NCBI RefSeq assembly: GCF_001194135.2
Contig: NC_068989.1
Coordinates: forward strand, 1,039,846-1,103,845
From: Octopus bimaculoides
Taxonomy: Eukaryota
DNA length: 64,000 nucleotides
Direction of reading: 5' to 3'
The notes beneath the pieces are model-generated. The model was not told where the DNA came from and made no database searches. It saw only the letters and a list, made by a program, of their open reading frames with translations. Position 1 is the stretch's first letter; each line of letters starts with the position of its first letter. The translations under genes and the position numbers were made by a program. Shown here piece by piece: positions 12,412-23,700 of the stretch.

Positions 12412-13246
12412 AATGATCTTTGGAAGAATGTGACCTTGAAATCCCAGCCCAATAAAATCAATCCTCAAATTTACATTGCTTTGGCTATTTTTTTAGGGGC
12501 CACTGTAAAAGAACTCTCTGCTGTTTCTCTGGCCAATCCCAGGATCTCTCAGAGAGAGAAACAATACACTATGGTCTGCTTACCTTTATAGCGTCTGTCA
12601 CAGAACTCTCCGGTAAAACCCTCACGGCAAATACATCGGGTTCGAACCCAGTCTCCCCCATTTTTGCATGGGTTGGGCCCTTTCTGTCAAAGAAATAAAA
12701 TCACTATTACAGGCATGCAGGATGGAGAGAGTTGGGATTTTGTGACATGGGAAGAATGGCAAAGAGTTATTCCTGATATAGAAAGAATGTTAGAACCATC
12801 CTTGATGATTGACTGTTTCTCTATCAGTGATCACAAACAATATATAATCAATAGTCAATCAGTCTTTTAAGCAATCATTTATTGTTTTTACTCTCAAATA
12901 AATGCAAGAATTTAACTCCACTTACCATTTCAAAGTAGGTACAGTTGGGTTTTTGCTTCAAGAGTGAACATTGCCCGTTTGCTCTCCATTGGTTCAATGT
13001 GCAACGACCACCTTTGCGGTTTCCATGAAGGCAAAAGTTAACAGACATGCAGAGATCGTGGTTCATGCAGACATAGGCACATTCCGCCTTTGTATCGGCA
13101 TGTTGTCTTTGAATCGCTTGATTTGGGAATTCATAATTCCTGATACATTCGGGAATGGATTTCAGGATTTCGCTTTGTTGTTCATATGTTGCAGCACCAA
13201 AATGAAAAGACACCAGCAACACAAAATAAAGAGTGTAGGCAATCAT
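11381..13246 (-). CDS. Secreted PAN/Apple + EGF-like + fibrinogen C-terminal (FReD) domain protein, 355 aa, 4 coding exons
   Basis: Exons 13246-12926 (MIAYTLYFVLLVSFHFGAA signal peptide; ECAYVCMNHDLCMSVNFC...RCTLN...CTYFEM PAN-like), 12683-12584 (KGPNPCKNGGDWVRTRCICREGFTGEFCDRRYK), 12209-11956 (DCREVY...GMYEIQP...VYCQM...FQKR...GWQDYQLGFG...YWLGNDLLH) and 11773-11381 (FATPDKDEYGCA...AWWFGPGCASVNLN...MSLKASDSE*). All introns GT..AG with consistent phases 0, 1, 0; total 1068 nt. Confidence 0.88.
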
Positions 13247-13381
13247 TCTGAAGAGAGAAGAAGAAGAAGAAGACATAAATTTTAACAGGGTCACATTTAT
13301 AAGAATCCATTTCTTTTGGTTAGAGTTGCTGTTATTTCCAGAGCACTTCTCATTGAAACTCTCAATAGCAACAACTACCAT

Positions 13382-13447
<66 letters not shown>

Positions 13448-13932
13448 NNNNNNNNNNNNNNNNNNNNNNNNNNNNNNNNNNNNNNNNNNNNNNNNNNNNN
13501 NNNNNNNNNNNNNNNNNNNNNNNNNNNNNNNNNNNNNNNNNNNNNNNNNNNNNNNNNNNNNNNNNNNNNNNNNNNNNNNNNNNNNNNNNNNNNNNNNNNN
13601 NNNNNNNNNNNNNNNNNNNNNNNNNNNNNNNNNNNNNNNNNNNNNNNNNNNNNNNNNNNNNNNNNNNNNNNNNNNNNNNNNNNNNNNNNNNNNNNNNNNN
13701 NNNNNNNNNNNNNNNNNNNNNNNNNNNNNNNNNNNNNNNNNNNNNNNNNNNNNNNNNNNNNNNNNNNNNNNNNNNNNNNNNNNNNNNNNNNNNNNNNNNN
13801 NNNNNNNNNNNNNNNNNNNNNNNNNNNNNNNNNNNNNNNNNNNNNNNNNNNNNNNNNNNNNNNNNNNNNNNNNNNNNNNNNNNNNNNNNNNNNNGCTTTA
13901 TATTACATTAATCTTAATCTTAATCTTATTTC

Positions 13933-13977
13933 GGCCAGAGTTCTTTCGTCACACTTCTGTGACCTCATCAGTGGTCC
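13933..13977 (-). ncRNA. Type I minimal hammerhead ribozyme motif with intact catalytic core
   Basis: Minus strand GGACCA CTGATGA G GTCACA-GAAG-TGTGAC GAAA G-AA-CTC TGGCC: conserved CUGAUGA and GAAA, perfect 6-bp stem II, 2-bp stem III, CUC cleavage triplet, short stem I (CCA/TGG plus GG/CC). Confidence 0.7.
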
Positions 13978-14680
13978 TTTGTTTCCTTCTTTCTTATGTG
14001 TGTCTCACCTTGCTAACTATCAGCCATTTTGTATTTTGTATTCCTATTGTATGTGTCTACACATAAAAAATCTTGCAAAACAAATATGTATATATACAAA
14101 TATGTATGTATATATATATATTACTGATATAAGACATAATATGTCATATGTGTTTGTAGATTGTTATAATTGTCCTTTTAGTAAATAAACAAGTAAATTG
14201 ACATAATATAATGTCTGCAAGTTGATGAATACCACCTATTAATCCTCTCCATTTTCTTATTGCTGTATATATATGATGATATATATATATATAAACAAAT
14301 GAAAAAATGGATTGTAAATAAGCAACAGATAAAAAATGTATATAAGACACAGAGGCTCTGTAATTCTTCACCAGAATGGTAAAACTCAGTTTTGCACCTT
14401 TATTGATAAGACTGAGGGTCTTCCCATTTTGGTGGTGCCTGCAAAAGACGCAGAGAATCAGGTCTCAAGCAAGCAAAACAAAACAACACAAAGCGGACAT
14501 ATGAAAGTAAAAAAATATGTAATTTAAGACAATGACAAAGATGAAACAAGTAAAATGACGGCCTTGCAGGTGAAAGGCATCAGTGGTTAGGGTTAGGGTT
14601 AGACAACATAGAAAGAGAGAGAAAGATTGATAACAATGGCACTCTTCTATTTTTGTTTCTATATCTTCTGGAGGAGTTAC

Positions 14681-14832
14681 CTCAGTTCTATATATTATTA
14701 TTATTATTCAGGTCACTGCTTGGAATTGAACTCAGAATCTTGGGGTTAGTAGCCTGCGCTCTTAACCACTATGCCATATGCCATCAAATGTAAATAATGT
14801 ACATAATTCCTCATCTCTTAAATATAGAACTG
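14681..14832 (-). mobile_element. Internally deleted copy of the tRNA-head fold-back element
   Basis: tRNA-like core 14708-14782 (minus GCATATGGCATAGTGGTTAAGAGCGCAGGCTACTAACCCCAAGATTCTGAGTTCAATTCC) followed by the arm terminus CATCAAATGTAAATAATGTACATAATTCCTCATCTCTTAAATATAGAACTG. The left end CAGTTCTATAT is its inverted terminus. No hammerhead segment. Confidence 0.75.
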
Positions 14833-15012
14833 TGGTAATTATTTTGTCAACCTTGAAAGGATGAAAGGCAAAGCTGACCTCAGCAGAATTTGAACTCAGA
14901 ACATAGAAACAGATGAAATGCCACAAAGCATTTTGCCTGGCATGCTAGCCATTCTGCTAGCTGGCCACCCTTAAATACATGAATATTAATGAGATATAAC
15001 GATTACACTTAC

Positions 15013-15200
15013 CTTGTATATATTTAGTTGAGAACTCACCTGGTGTTCCCAACGGGGAAGTTTGATTCTTCAGCTGGTCAATATTATTTATTCTATGAGT
15101 AAGCCTTGGTTTCAAAAGTTGATGCTGGACGTTATCTCTCCACTTTAGCCGGGTTAAAGATGGAAATGAACCTCAAAAGCCACACAACAGCAATAAACTC
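15013..15200 (-). other. Putative non-coding 5' UTR exon of the PAN-EGF-FReD gene (5' limit uncertain)
   Basis: The ATG at 13246 lies 1 nt after a strong acceptor (TTCTTCTCTCTTCAG), so an upstream exon is required. Two consensus minus-strand donors occur here: CACCAG|GTGAGT (exon end 15040) and TACAAG|GTAAGT (exon end 15013). Confidence 0.4.
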
Positions 15201-15664
15201 TCCCAGTTGAACAGGAAGCAAGAATGAGCCTGACTAATGAATTAATACATGAACAACCTGTTACCACGCCGAAACATCATCATGGACTCTTCCAATGGGT
15301 TTTCTCCATGGATTTTACTAAAAGAAATTCCTTATATTTCAGACCCCTAAAATTTATTCTAAAAGTTTTTTTATAGTATTGTTTGTTAGTTTTTTTCTTT
15401 CAGTTTTAAAATTATTTGATTTCTTCTTCCATTGTTCCATTGTTCCCTAATAACAAAGTGGATTCTTCCTTGCAAAGCCTCAGTCAAACTCAGCTGACAG
15501 AATGTCATCGCATCCGTCAAGTCAGAGATTAAGGCAAATCCTTTGTTTTTACATGTCCGGCTGGATTTGATAAGTACTCCCCGTCCAACCTCCCACCTCC
15601 TACACTGGTCAAGAGGAAAATGGAAAAAAAAAGTCCAACAAAAGGATAACAAAATTTATATGAA

Positions 15665-15686
15665 TTGATGCTACTGCTGCTGCTGT

Positions 15687-15739
<53 letters not shown>

Positions 15740-16075
15740 TTGATAATAATGATGATGATGGTAGTGATGGTGATGATGATGATGATAATTAAAATTAATG
15801 ATGAGGGTGGTGGTGATGATGATGATAGAGATGATGATGATGGTGATGATGATGTTGATGCCACCCCTGCCACTGCTGCTGCTGCCACCACCACCACCAT
15901 CGTCACTGCTGCTGTTGATGATAACGATGACGATGACAATGATAATTATGATGATGGTGATGATGATGGTGGTGGTGGTGGTTAAGTGTTGGTGTTGTTG
16001 GGGGTGATAGAGATGAAAATAGAATGGAGATTTTGATGACAATGACCATGACAACGATGATGATGATGATGGAAG
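15665..16075 (+). repeat. Compound (GAT)n/(GGT)n/(GCT)n trinucleotide low-complexity tract
   Basis: Direct reading; source of spurious poly-M/D/H/S ORFs. Confidence 0.95.
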
Positions 16076-16204
16076 TGAAAGAAGAAAGATCAATTACTTC
16101 AAATCTCTGACTAAATTTAGAAATTGTTTTCTTTCTGAAGGCACACACAATTATATCTAATTAAGAACGCCCCACCCCCTCCCTCGTCTGTGTGTGTCTA
16201 TGTG

Positions 16205-16410
16205 ATTGTTTCTTTATATACATTAACACACACACACACACACACACATACACACATACATACATACACACACGTGCATACATGTTCACAGACATACATG
16301 CATACATACATACATACATGCATACATGTACACAGACACATATGCATACATACATACATGCACACATACATACACACATGCACACATACATACATACATA
16401 CATACATACA
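16205..16410 (+). repeat. (CA)n/(CATA)n microsatellite
   Basis: Direct reading. Confidence 0.95.
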
Positions 16411-17099
16411 ACAAAACACTCCTAAAAACCAATGATTTTTAAGGGTTGGTCCTTTTGGATGAGTGGAATTAGACCAAGACCCAGCTGCAGCCTTTAGGAC
16501 CAAGGATCCATTCTACATGGGTTGCTGGTCAGGAATAAAGTGCCTGTACCAATGTCTCCACTTTTCATGGCTTTATTCAAATTAAATGGATTTTCTCTGG
16601 TCAAATTTCTCACTTTTTCTGGGAAATCCCTTCCTGTCTCCTCACAACATCTTTGTACATCTTCTTTAATCTTTCTTTTTTCTCAGGATCCTTCCATTTA
16701 ATGCCCTCCATACATTTATCACATGACCAGCCTTTTCTCTGCTACACAACATTTCATTCCTCTTTCTGCATTTCTCCTCTTATTCCCCAACACTTCCTTC
16801 TTTTCTTTGCACATCATACAATCAGCCTTTTTGCTCAAAGAAAGAACCCCTTTTGCACCAGCAGATGTAAAAACCTTTTTGAAAGGTTGTTTTCCATTCC
16901 TTTCTTACTCTGAAGCACTCATCCCTGCTGTTAATTGATGCCCCGAGTAATGAAAGCTGCCAGAATTTTCTAGGAAACCTTCTGGACAGTTAAATGAATT
17001 TATTACATAGCTGTTGTAACTCTTCCTCCCCCTCCTCTGCATGTATGTGTATGTGTGTGTACATTTGTGTGTATAAAACAAATGAAAAGCTGTTATACA

Positions 17100-17920
17100 T
17101 CAACACAGCCCCTTGCCACCCACCTACAGTTTTAAAAACCTTGCAAAGAGAATTAGTAGAAAGATTTTGAAACTTTCCTCAAAGAATGATTCTTTGATAC
17201 AGTGGCCCCATTACAACAAGGCTTTGGCAGCCAGCAGCTTTAAAGACTGCACCACTATTATGCCCAACACTAACACCTGCAAGAGAAAGTGCTACCAAAA
17301 TGTCTTCTGGTTTGAATCCTATTCTCACTGAGTATGAAAACTTGCATGGGAAGAGGCGTTCCTTAGAATAGTAGATAAGCATTTTACTTCGGATCATAGG
17401 TATAGGAAATTATTCAGTAGACATAACTTGTTCAGCTATGCACTTACTATCAAAAACAAGTTAGTGAATATGCCAAGACCCTGGGCAGAGACAGGATGCT
17501 CATGTAGAGTTTACAGTGAGTGCCCAGTGAATGGTCAATGCAAAACGGAAGCCATGGTCTATGAAGCAAAGGTGGTGTTGTCCAAAAACAATGAAACTAC
17601 ATACATACAGAAATATGTTGGAGCAATGGAGACCCCCTTTAAGGCTTGGCTGAATAATCACAGCTCCTTGTTTAGAATCCAAAAGAGGTGCAATGTTACA
17701 ACACTAACCAGCTATATATATATATATATATATGTATGTATATGTATATATATATGATGATTAAAAGAGGAAGCATTGTCATAGAAAATCAATTGAAAAC
17801 TTCTGAAATGACTTGTGACAGTATCTAAATGGAAGCAAGCCACCAAGCTTTGATTGGTGGAAAAGAAAGTCATTCTAAAAAATTCACACCTTCTGGGTTC
17901 TTTCCTGAACAAAAAAAGCG
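17100..17920 (+). mobile_element. Penelope-like element fossil (RT C-terminus to GIY-YIG endonuclease)
   Basis: Translations YNKALAASSFK...KRKCYQNVFWFESYSH and GCSCRVYSECPVNGQCKTEAMVYEAKV...KYVGAMETPFKAWLNNHSSLF match PLE linker, CxC-CP-C and GIY-YIG motifs. Frameshifted and interrupted by (TA)n. Confidence 0.8.
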
Positions 17921-18117
17921 AAATATTTGGATGCTGACCTCATGAGTGGTGGCGGTGGTAGTGATGATGATGATGGTGAGGAGGAGGAGGAGGAGGGGGA
18001 TACATTGATGCGTATGCATTTACATATTTTTGTTGCCAGATGCAATCTAAAGTAGGAAGTAGATGCAAATGAGAAGTTTAGTTTGCGTATCAGCTCAGTG
18101 AAAATTCACTTTGACAG

Positions 18118-18150
<33 letters not shown>

Positions 18151-18172
18151 GTTACTCTTATTATTATTGTTA

Positions 18173-18216
<44 letters not shown>

Positions 18217-18232
18217 GTTGTTATTATTATCA
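18118..18232 (+). repeat. (ATT)n microsatellite
   Basis: Direct reading. Confidence 0.95.
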
Positions 18233-18691
18233 TTCAGCAGTCAATATTTACTTATTCTGAACTGAAAGTAATAACTGCTTAATAATGCATAATAAAAGCC
18301 TGGACATGATTGATTTCTACAGAAACAAAATCTATAAACCTGACAGCAGGGGTGGGGGAGGNNNNNNNNNNNNNNNNNNNNNNNNNNNNNNNNNNNNNNN
18401 NNNNNNNNNNNNNNNNNNNNNNNNNNNNNNNNNNNNNNNNNNNNNNNNNNNNNNNNNNNNNNNNNNNNNNNNNNNNNNNNNNNNNNNNNNNNNNNNNNNN
18501 NNNNNNNNNNNNNNNNNNNNNNNNNNNNNNNNNNNNNNNNNNNNNNNNNNNNNNNNNNNNNNNNNNNNNNNNNNNNNNNNNNNNNNNNNNNNNNNNNNNN
18601 NNNNNNNNNNNNNNNNNNNNNNNNNNNNNNNNNNNNNNNNNNNNNNNNNNNNNNNNNNNNNNNNNNNNNNNNNNNNNNNNNNNNNNNNNNN

Positions 18692-18832
18692 CTCTGAGTG
18701 GTTGGCATTAGGAAGGGCATCCAGCTGTAGAAACTCTGCCAAATTAGATTGGAGCCTGGTGTAGCCATCCGGTTTCACCAGTCCTCAGTCAAATCGTCCA
18801 ACCCATGCTAACATGGAAAGCGGACGTTAAAC

Positions 18833-18883
<51 letters not shown>
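18692..18883 (+). mobile_element. SINE family A copy with long (GAT)n tail
   Basis: Near-identical to 39-202; 5' part lost in the N gap. Confidence 0.85.
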
Positions 18884-20721
18884 ATATATATATATACATT
18901 AATCAAAGAACATACTGAGTATGTCTACCTGCTGGAAATAACAGTCAAAACTCTTATTTAAACCAAGAAAAAAATAGCACTTATAACTACAGAAATCAAC
19001 TGTCCATGAGCAAATGGGTCAAGAAAATCATTCAACATACCTATATAGCATCCAGCTATATATTTTCTAGCATTTGGACTCATGTGGACTTGTTTCTGGA
19101 CTGGCATTATAGCCTTACATTCCTCAGCTCACCACCATAACAACAACAGTAACAATAACAATAATAAAACGCATATAATATTTTAGAATAAAAATAAAAT
19201 TTATTTCCAGCTATTACAGTAATATTTACAAAGCTATATTTAATAATTTGATGTGCATATTATGTTTCTGAAACGTGTAACCATTGGAGTATCTGAGTTA
19301 TTTATCACAACTGGTCTTTACAATTGCCTTATATTTGATATGGGTTTGCACTGCTGACCAAAGAGCTAATGGTTCACAATACCACTTATGGTCCACTTCT
19401 ACACTGTTCATAGTAAGTATTTTTTATTGTCACTGCCTCAATATAGCAAACTGTCAATTGGTACTATGAGGAGGTTCAGTTATTGCTAGAGGAATTGTAG
19501 CAAACAGCCAAAGCACCATATAATTCATATTTCTATTACATACAAAGACCTTCAACATTAAGGGGAAAGAAATAGCAAGTGTAGCACTGAGGCTTTACCC
19601 AAGGGAATCCATAATGTGAATGTGTAAAGCTTTGGTTTCTATTAGAGAGAGAAGAAACCTATCACTGCATCGGCTTTCTGTGAGTTGCCCTTGGCTCTGC
19701 TCCTTGTTGGACACTACTGTGTAATGGACAAGTATTTCATAAGGCTGGATTGCGAGTTTGTTTCCTTCTTTGGAAATGAGAAACCACTGCAGTGTTATCT
19801 TCTCCAAGAAATCATAAAATCAATGGGGACATCAGAGTTCAGTCTCTGCCAATGTTGTGGGACATTCAAAGGTATGAAACTTTACCTGATGATGCTTTTA
19901 ATGATGTGACAGCATTAGTTTTGTGACACCATCAATGTTACACAATCAATGATGTGACATCACCATTGATAGTCAAATTTTGGCACAAGGTCAGCAATTT
20001 GAGGGCAAGGGGAAAGGGTTGATTGATACTATTGACTGCAGTACTTGGCTGGTCCTTTATTTTATTGACCTTGAAAGGATGAAAAGCAAAGTTGACCTCA
20101 CCAGCATTTGAACTCAGAACATAAAACACCAGAGGAAACGCCACTATGTATCTTGTCTGATGTGTTAATGATTCTGCCAAATCTCAATAACGTGGCACCA
20201 TTTACGGCGTCTCTGGGTGGAGTGAAGTTAAATGAAAGGTTTTTCATTGCTGTTTCAGTCCCAGATATTCATAGTATAATATATAGCATACAGTGTAATA
20301 TATATATATATATATTATGTATGTTTCTCTCTCATTTTGTGTGTGTTTATGTGTGTGTGTGTGTGTGTGTGTGTGAGAAAAAAATGAGTTCAAAAAGAAC
20401 AATTCAAAGAGAGAAAAAATGATTTCTAATAAAGATTCATCATAGTCATAAGAATCAGCCAGAACAAGTAATAAGGATATGAAAATAATATTTGAGGAGT
20501 TTCATTATAAACCATAAACAAGTATCAAAAAACAGAGAATCAGAAAGTAATGGTGCAAATGACTTTGGCTGAACGGATTTAACTGTACTCTCCACCATGG
20601 ATTGAGTGCTCTTTCTACCATTCATTATCACCAATAACACACACAGAGTGAGAGAGAAACATAGATAATAACACATGAGTATTTGTATCTACAAGGGTTT
20701 TATAGAAAAACTAAAAGAAAG

Positions 20722-23700
20722 TCAGGCCAGAACATTCCACAGACTTTTAAGGGAGACATTTTCTGGTAATTTCTCAATGGCTAAGGATAAATAGTCAGAG
20801 AACACTGGCTCATGGTCCCGGATCTTGCAGCAATCAGCAAAGTAGGCCTTCAAATAAAAAAGAAGCATAAAGATTAGTATTAATCAATTATTTTTTGCTG
20901 GAAACATTTGAAATAAAGTAGTTGTATGCTGTCAGCTTAATATGGCAGTCTCATGAAGGGAATAATACTACTGCTATTTAGCCATAGGAAGCAGCACCGC
21001 TTCCTGTCGGCCTTGACACATTTCATGTGTCCTTATGTTTAGAAGGGGGAGACAAGCACCCCCACTTAGCTAAGCCTCCATCCAGAGACATGTTTTTGAG
21101 TCTTTGCTCGTCATCAGTCTGGAGTAGCAAAGGCCTGCTAGTTGGAGATGTTTGTCAAGCTCTCGTAAACATGGGTCAATGCCAGTGCCGCCTGACTGGC
21201 TCCCCGTGCTGGTGACATTTAAAAAACACCATTCAAGCGTGGGTCAATGCCAGTGCTGCCTGACTGACCCTCATGCTGGTGGAATGTAAAAAGCACCCAC
21301 TACTCTTGGAGTAGTTGGTGTTAGGAAGGGCATCCAGCTGTAGAAACATTGCCAGATCAGATTGGAGCCTGACGCAGCCTACTGGCTTGCCAGTCCCCAG
21401 TCAAACCATCCAACCCATGCCAGCATGGAAAACGGACATTAAAAGATGATGTAGAACTGTAATATAGTTGGACATTGAAGGATATTTTTAACAAGAGATA
21501 CTTACTGCAAAAGCATCGCTAGTGCCATCTTCCTCAATTTCAACATCATCCACGACATCTTGGAGAACCTGTGGTGGATCTTTCGAAGTCTTCCAAACAG
21601 AAGAAAATAATAAAAAACAAACAAAATGGATGAAAATGTATTTTGAGTGAAGATTTAATGGTAAACTATAATCCTCCTAAATGTGACAGTGAATGCCAAT
21701 TGCCAAAAACGATAGGCCACAATACTATATACACACATGGAGGTTCTTCTACAACAAAGTGACAACTGTTTCACTTAGATATAGAAACTTCTATATCTTC
21801 TGGAGGAGTTACCTCAATCCTATAAAGATTACCAAAAAGGAAGTAGATTGATAAGTTTATTTTTTGAATCTGTGGAAGACACACGAGATGTCCAAATATC
21901 GTTCAGTTGATAACAATGGCCTACTGCCATTATTATTATTAATATTAATAAGGTGACAAGCTGGCAGAATTGTTAGCACTCTGGACGAAATGCTTAGCGG
22001 TATTTTACCTATCGCTATGTTCTGAGTTCAAATTCTACCGAAAACAGTTAAAACTGTGGCCATCAGAAATACAATGAACAAAATATTATTGTTGCCAATG
22101 AAGTTTAATGTTGACCAGTTTTGATATTCAATAATAAATGTGGTTGGTAAGTTTAAAGTTCAAAAGAGTTGAGAAGGATGGAATCATATTCGAAGAATCT
22201 GAATAAATTATGAGACTGTGCATACCTTCTCTTTCACTTCATACTGCACACCAAACTCAGGATCAGCACGATAGACTTGCAACAGACTTAATATCTCTTT
22301 GCATACGTCTTCCAGTTTCTCTTTGGGGTCAATACGAAATCCAAGAATGTAGCTGCCACTCTGTAAAAAGATCAACAAGACAAACCCTTGAGGTTGATAA
22401 GGTGAATGGTTGGAGCAAAACATTTGAGGTCCATTGATGACAAATTCAGTTTTTTTTATCTTTTATCTTTTACTTGCTTCAGTGACTGGTCTGTGGGGAG
22501 GCGGGGGGGACACAATATGAGTGATGACACAATATGAGTGATGACGAGATGAGAGACAAGTGGATTAGGTGTGTGGGAGGAGGTGAGGCAAGACCAGGAA
22601 CAGAGGCCAGTGTATTAATAGTAATAAAGCAGGCAAAAAAGACAGTCAGGCATGTGTGTGTGTGTGTGTGTGTAACAGCAGCACTGTGCCAAATGTTTGG
22701 AACAGTTCTTCGTTGTGTGCTTCACCTGAACTTTGCAGTTCTTGGATGGAGCTGAAGTATTCCTGGCCTGAAGAGAGGGACCAGTGTTTGTGAAGCAGTC
22801 TTTCTTATGATGTGTGAGGGTGTGGGGTGTGTGGGTGAGCTCACAGGAGGAAATCTTCAATGACAGGGAAAGCCAGAACAGTTGAAACAATTTCTAGCAT
22901 CGAATTGGAGAAATGTGAATGGTTGCCATATTTAATGTTTGGGTTTGACATTTTTGAATTTATGATACGTCTATGGCTGAAATCCCTTCAGCAGATTGTT
23001 GATTTTTTCTCTCTTAAATTGGCATTTTTCATCTCGAATAGCATTTACATTTAAACTCTATGTAGTTAATTCACCATTTTGGTGAAGTAACTTTCTCCAG
23101 GTGGATGAATAAAACCAAAAAGTGTCTATGTCCTTAATGAGTTATCTACCTTTTTGAGTCATCTAGTGAACACAAAAAGCGCTCCACAGATAATTCTGAT
23201 AATGATGATGTGGGTGGTACAGAATCTAATGGGAGTTTATATATATGTATATATATATATGTATATATATATATATANNNNNNNNNNNNNNNNNNNNNNN
23301 NNNNNNNNNNNNNNNNNNNNNNNNNNNNNNNNNNNNNNNNNNNNNNNNNNNNNNNNNNNNNNNNNNNNNNNNNNNNNNNNNNNNNNNNNNNNNNNNNNNN
23401 NNNNNNNNNNNNNNNNNNNNNNNNNNNNNNNNNNNNNNNNNNNNNNNNNNNNNNNNNNNNNNNNNNNNNNNNNNNNNNNNNNNNNNNNNNNNNNNNNNNN
23501 NNNNNNNNNNNNNNNNNNNNNNNNNNNNNNNNNNNNNNNNNNNNNNNNNNNNNNNNNNNNNNNNNNAATTAAAAAAGAAACAAATATTAAATTGGAAAAT
23601 GGCAGGAATCAAATGGCCTGCGAATCTGGAAAACTGTTAGCAAAAATCTGCAAGGTATCTTGGCCAAGTGTCTTCTACTCTAGCCTCGAGCTGACCAAAG

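Noticed and set aside
14587-14602. TTAGGG telomere-like repeats near the fold-back element
   Set aside because: Under three units and about 80 bp from the element; too short to support an interstitial telomere or telomere-targeted insertion.
15529-16093. Poly-His, poly-Asp, poly-Met and poly-Ser ORFs (also 12243-12591, 16161-16503, 4287-4624)
   Set aside because: Translations of microsatellites, with no splice or homology support.
19284-19469. Hydrophobic small ORF with a GTAAGT donor at ~19403
   Set aside because: No partner exons or recognisable domain; non-ATG start.
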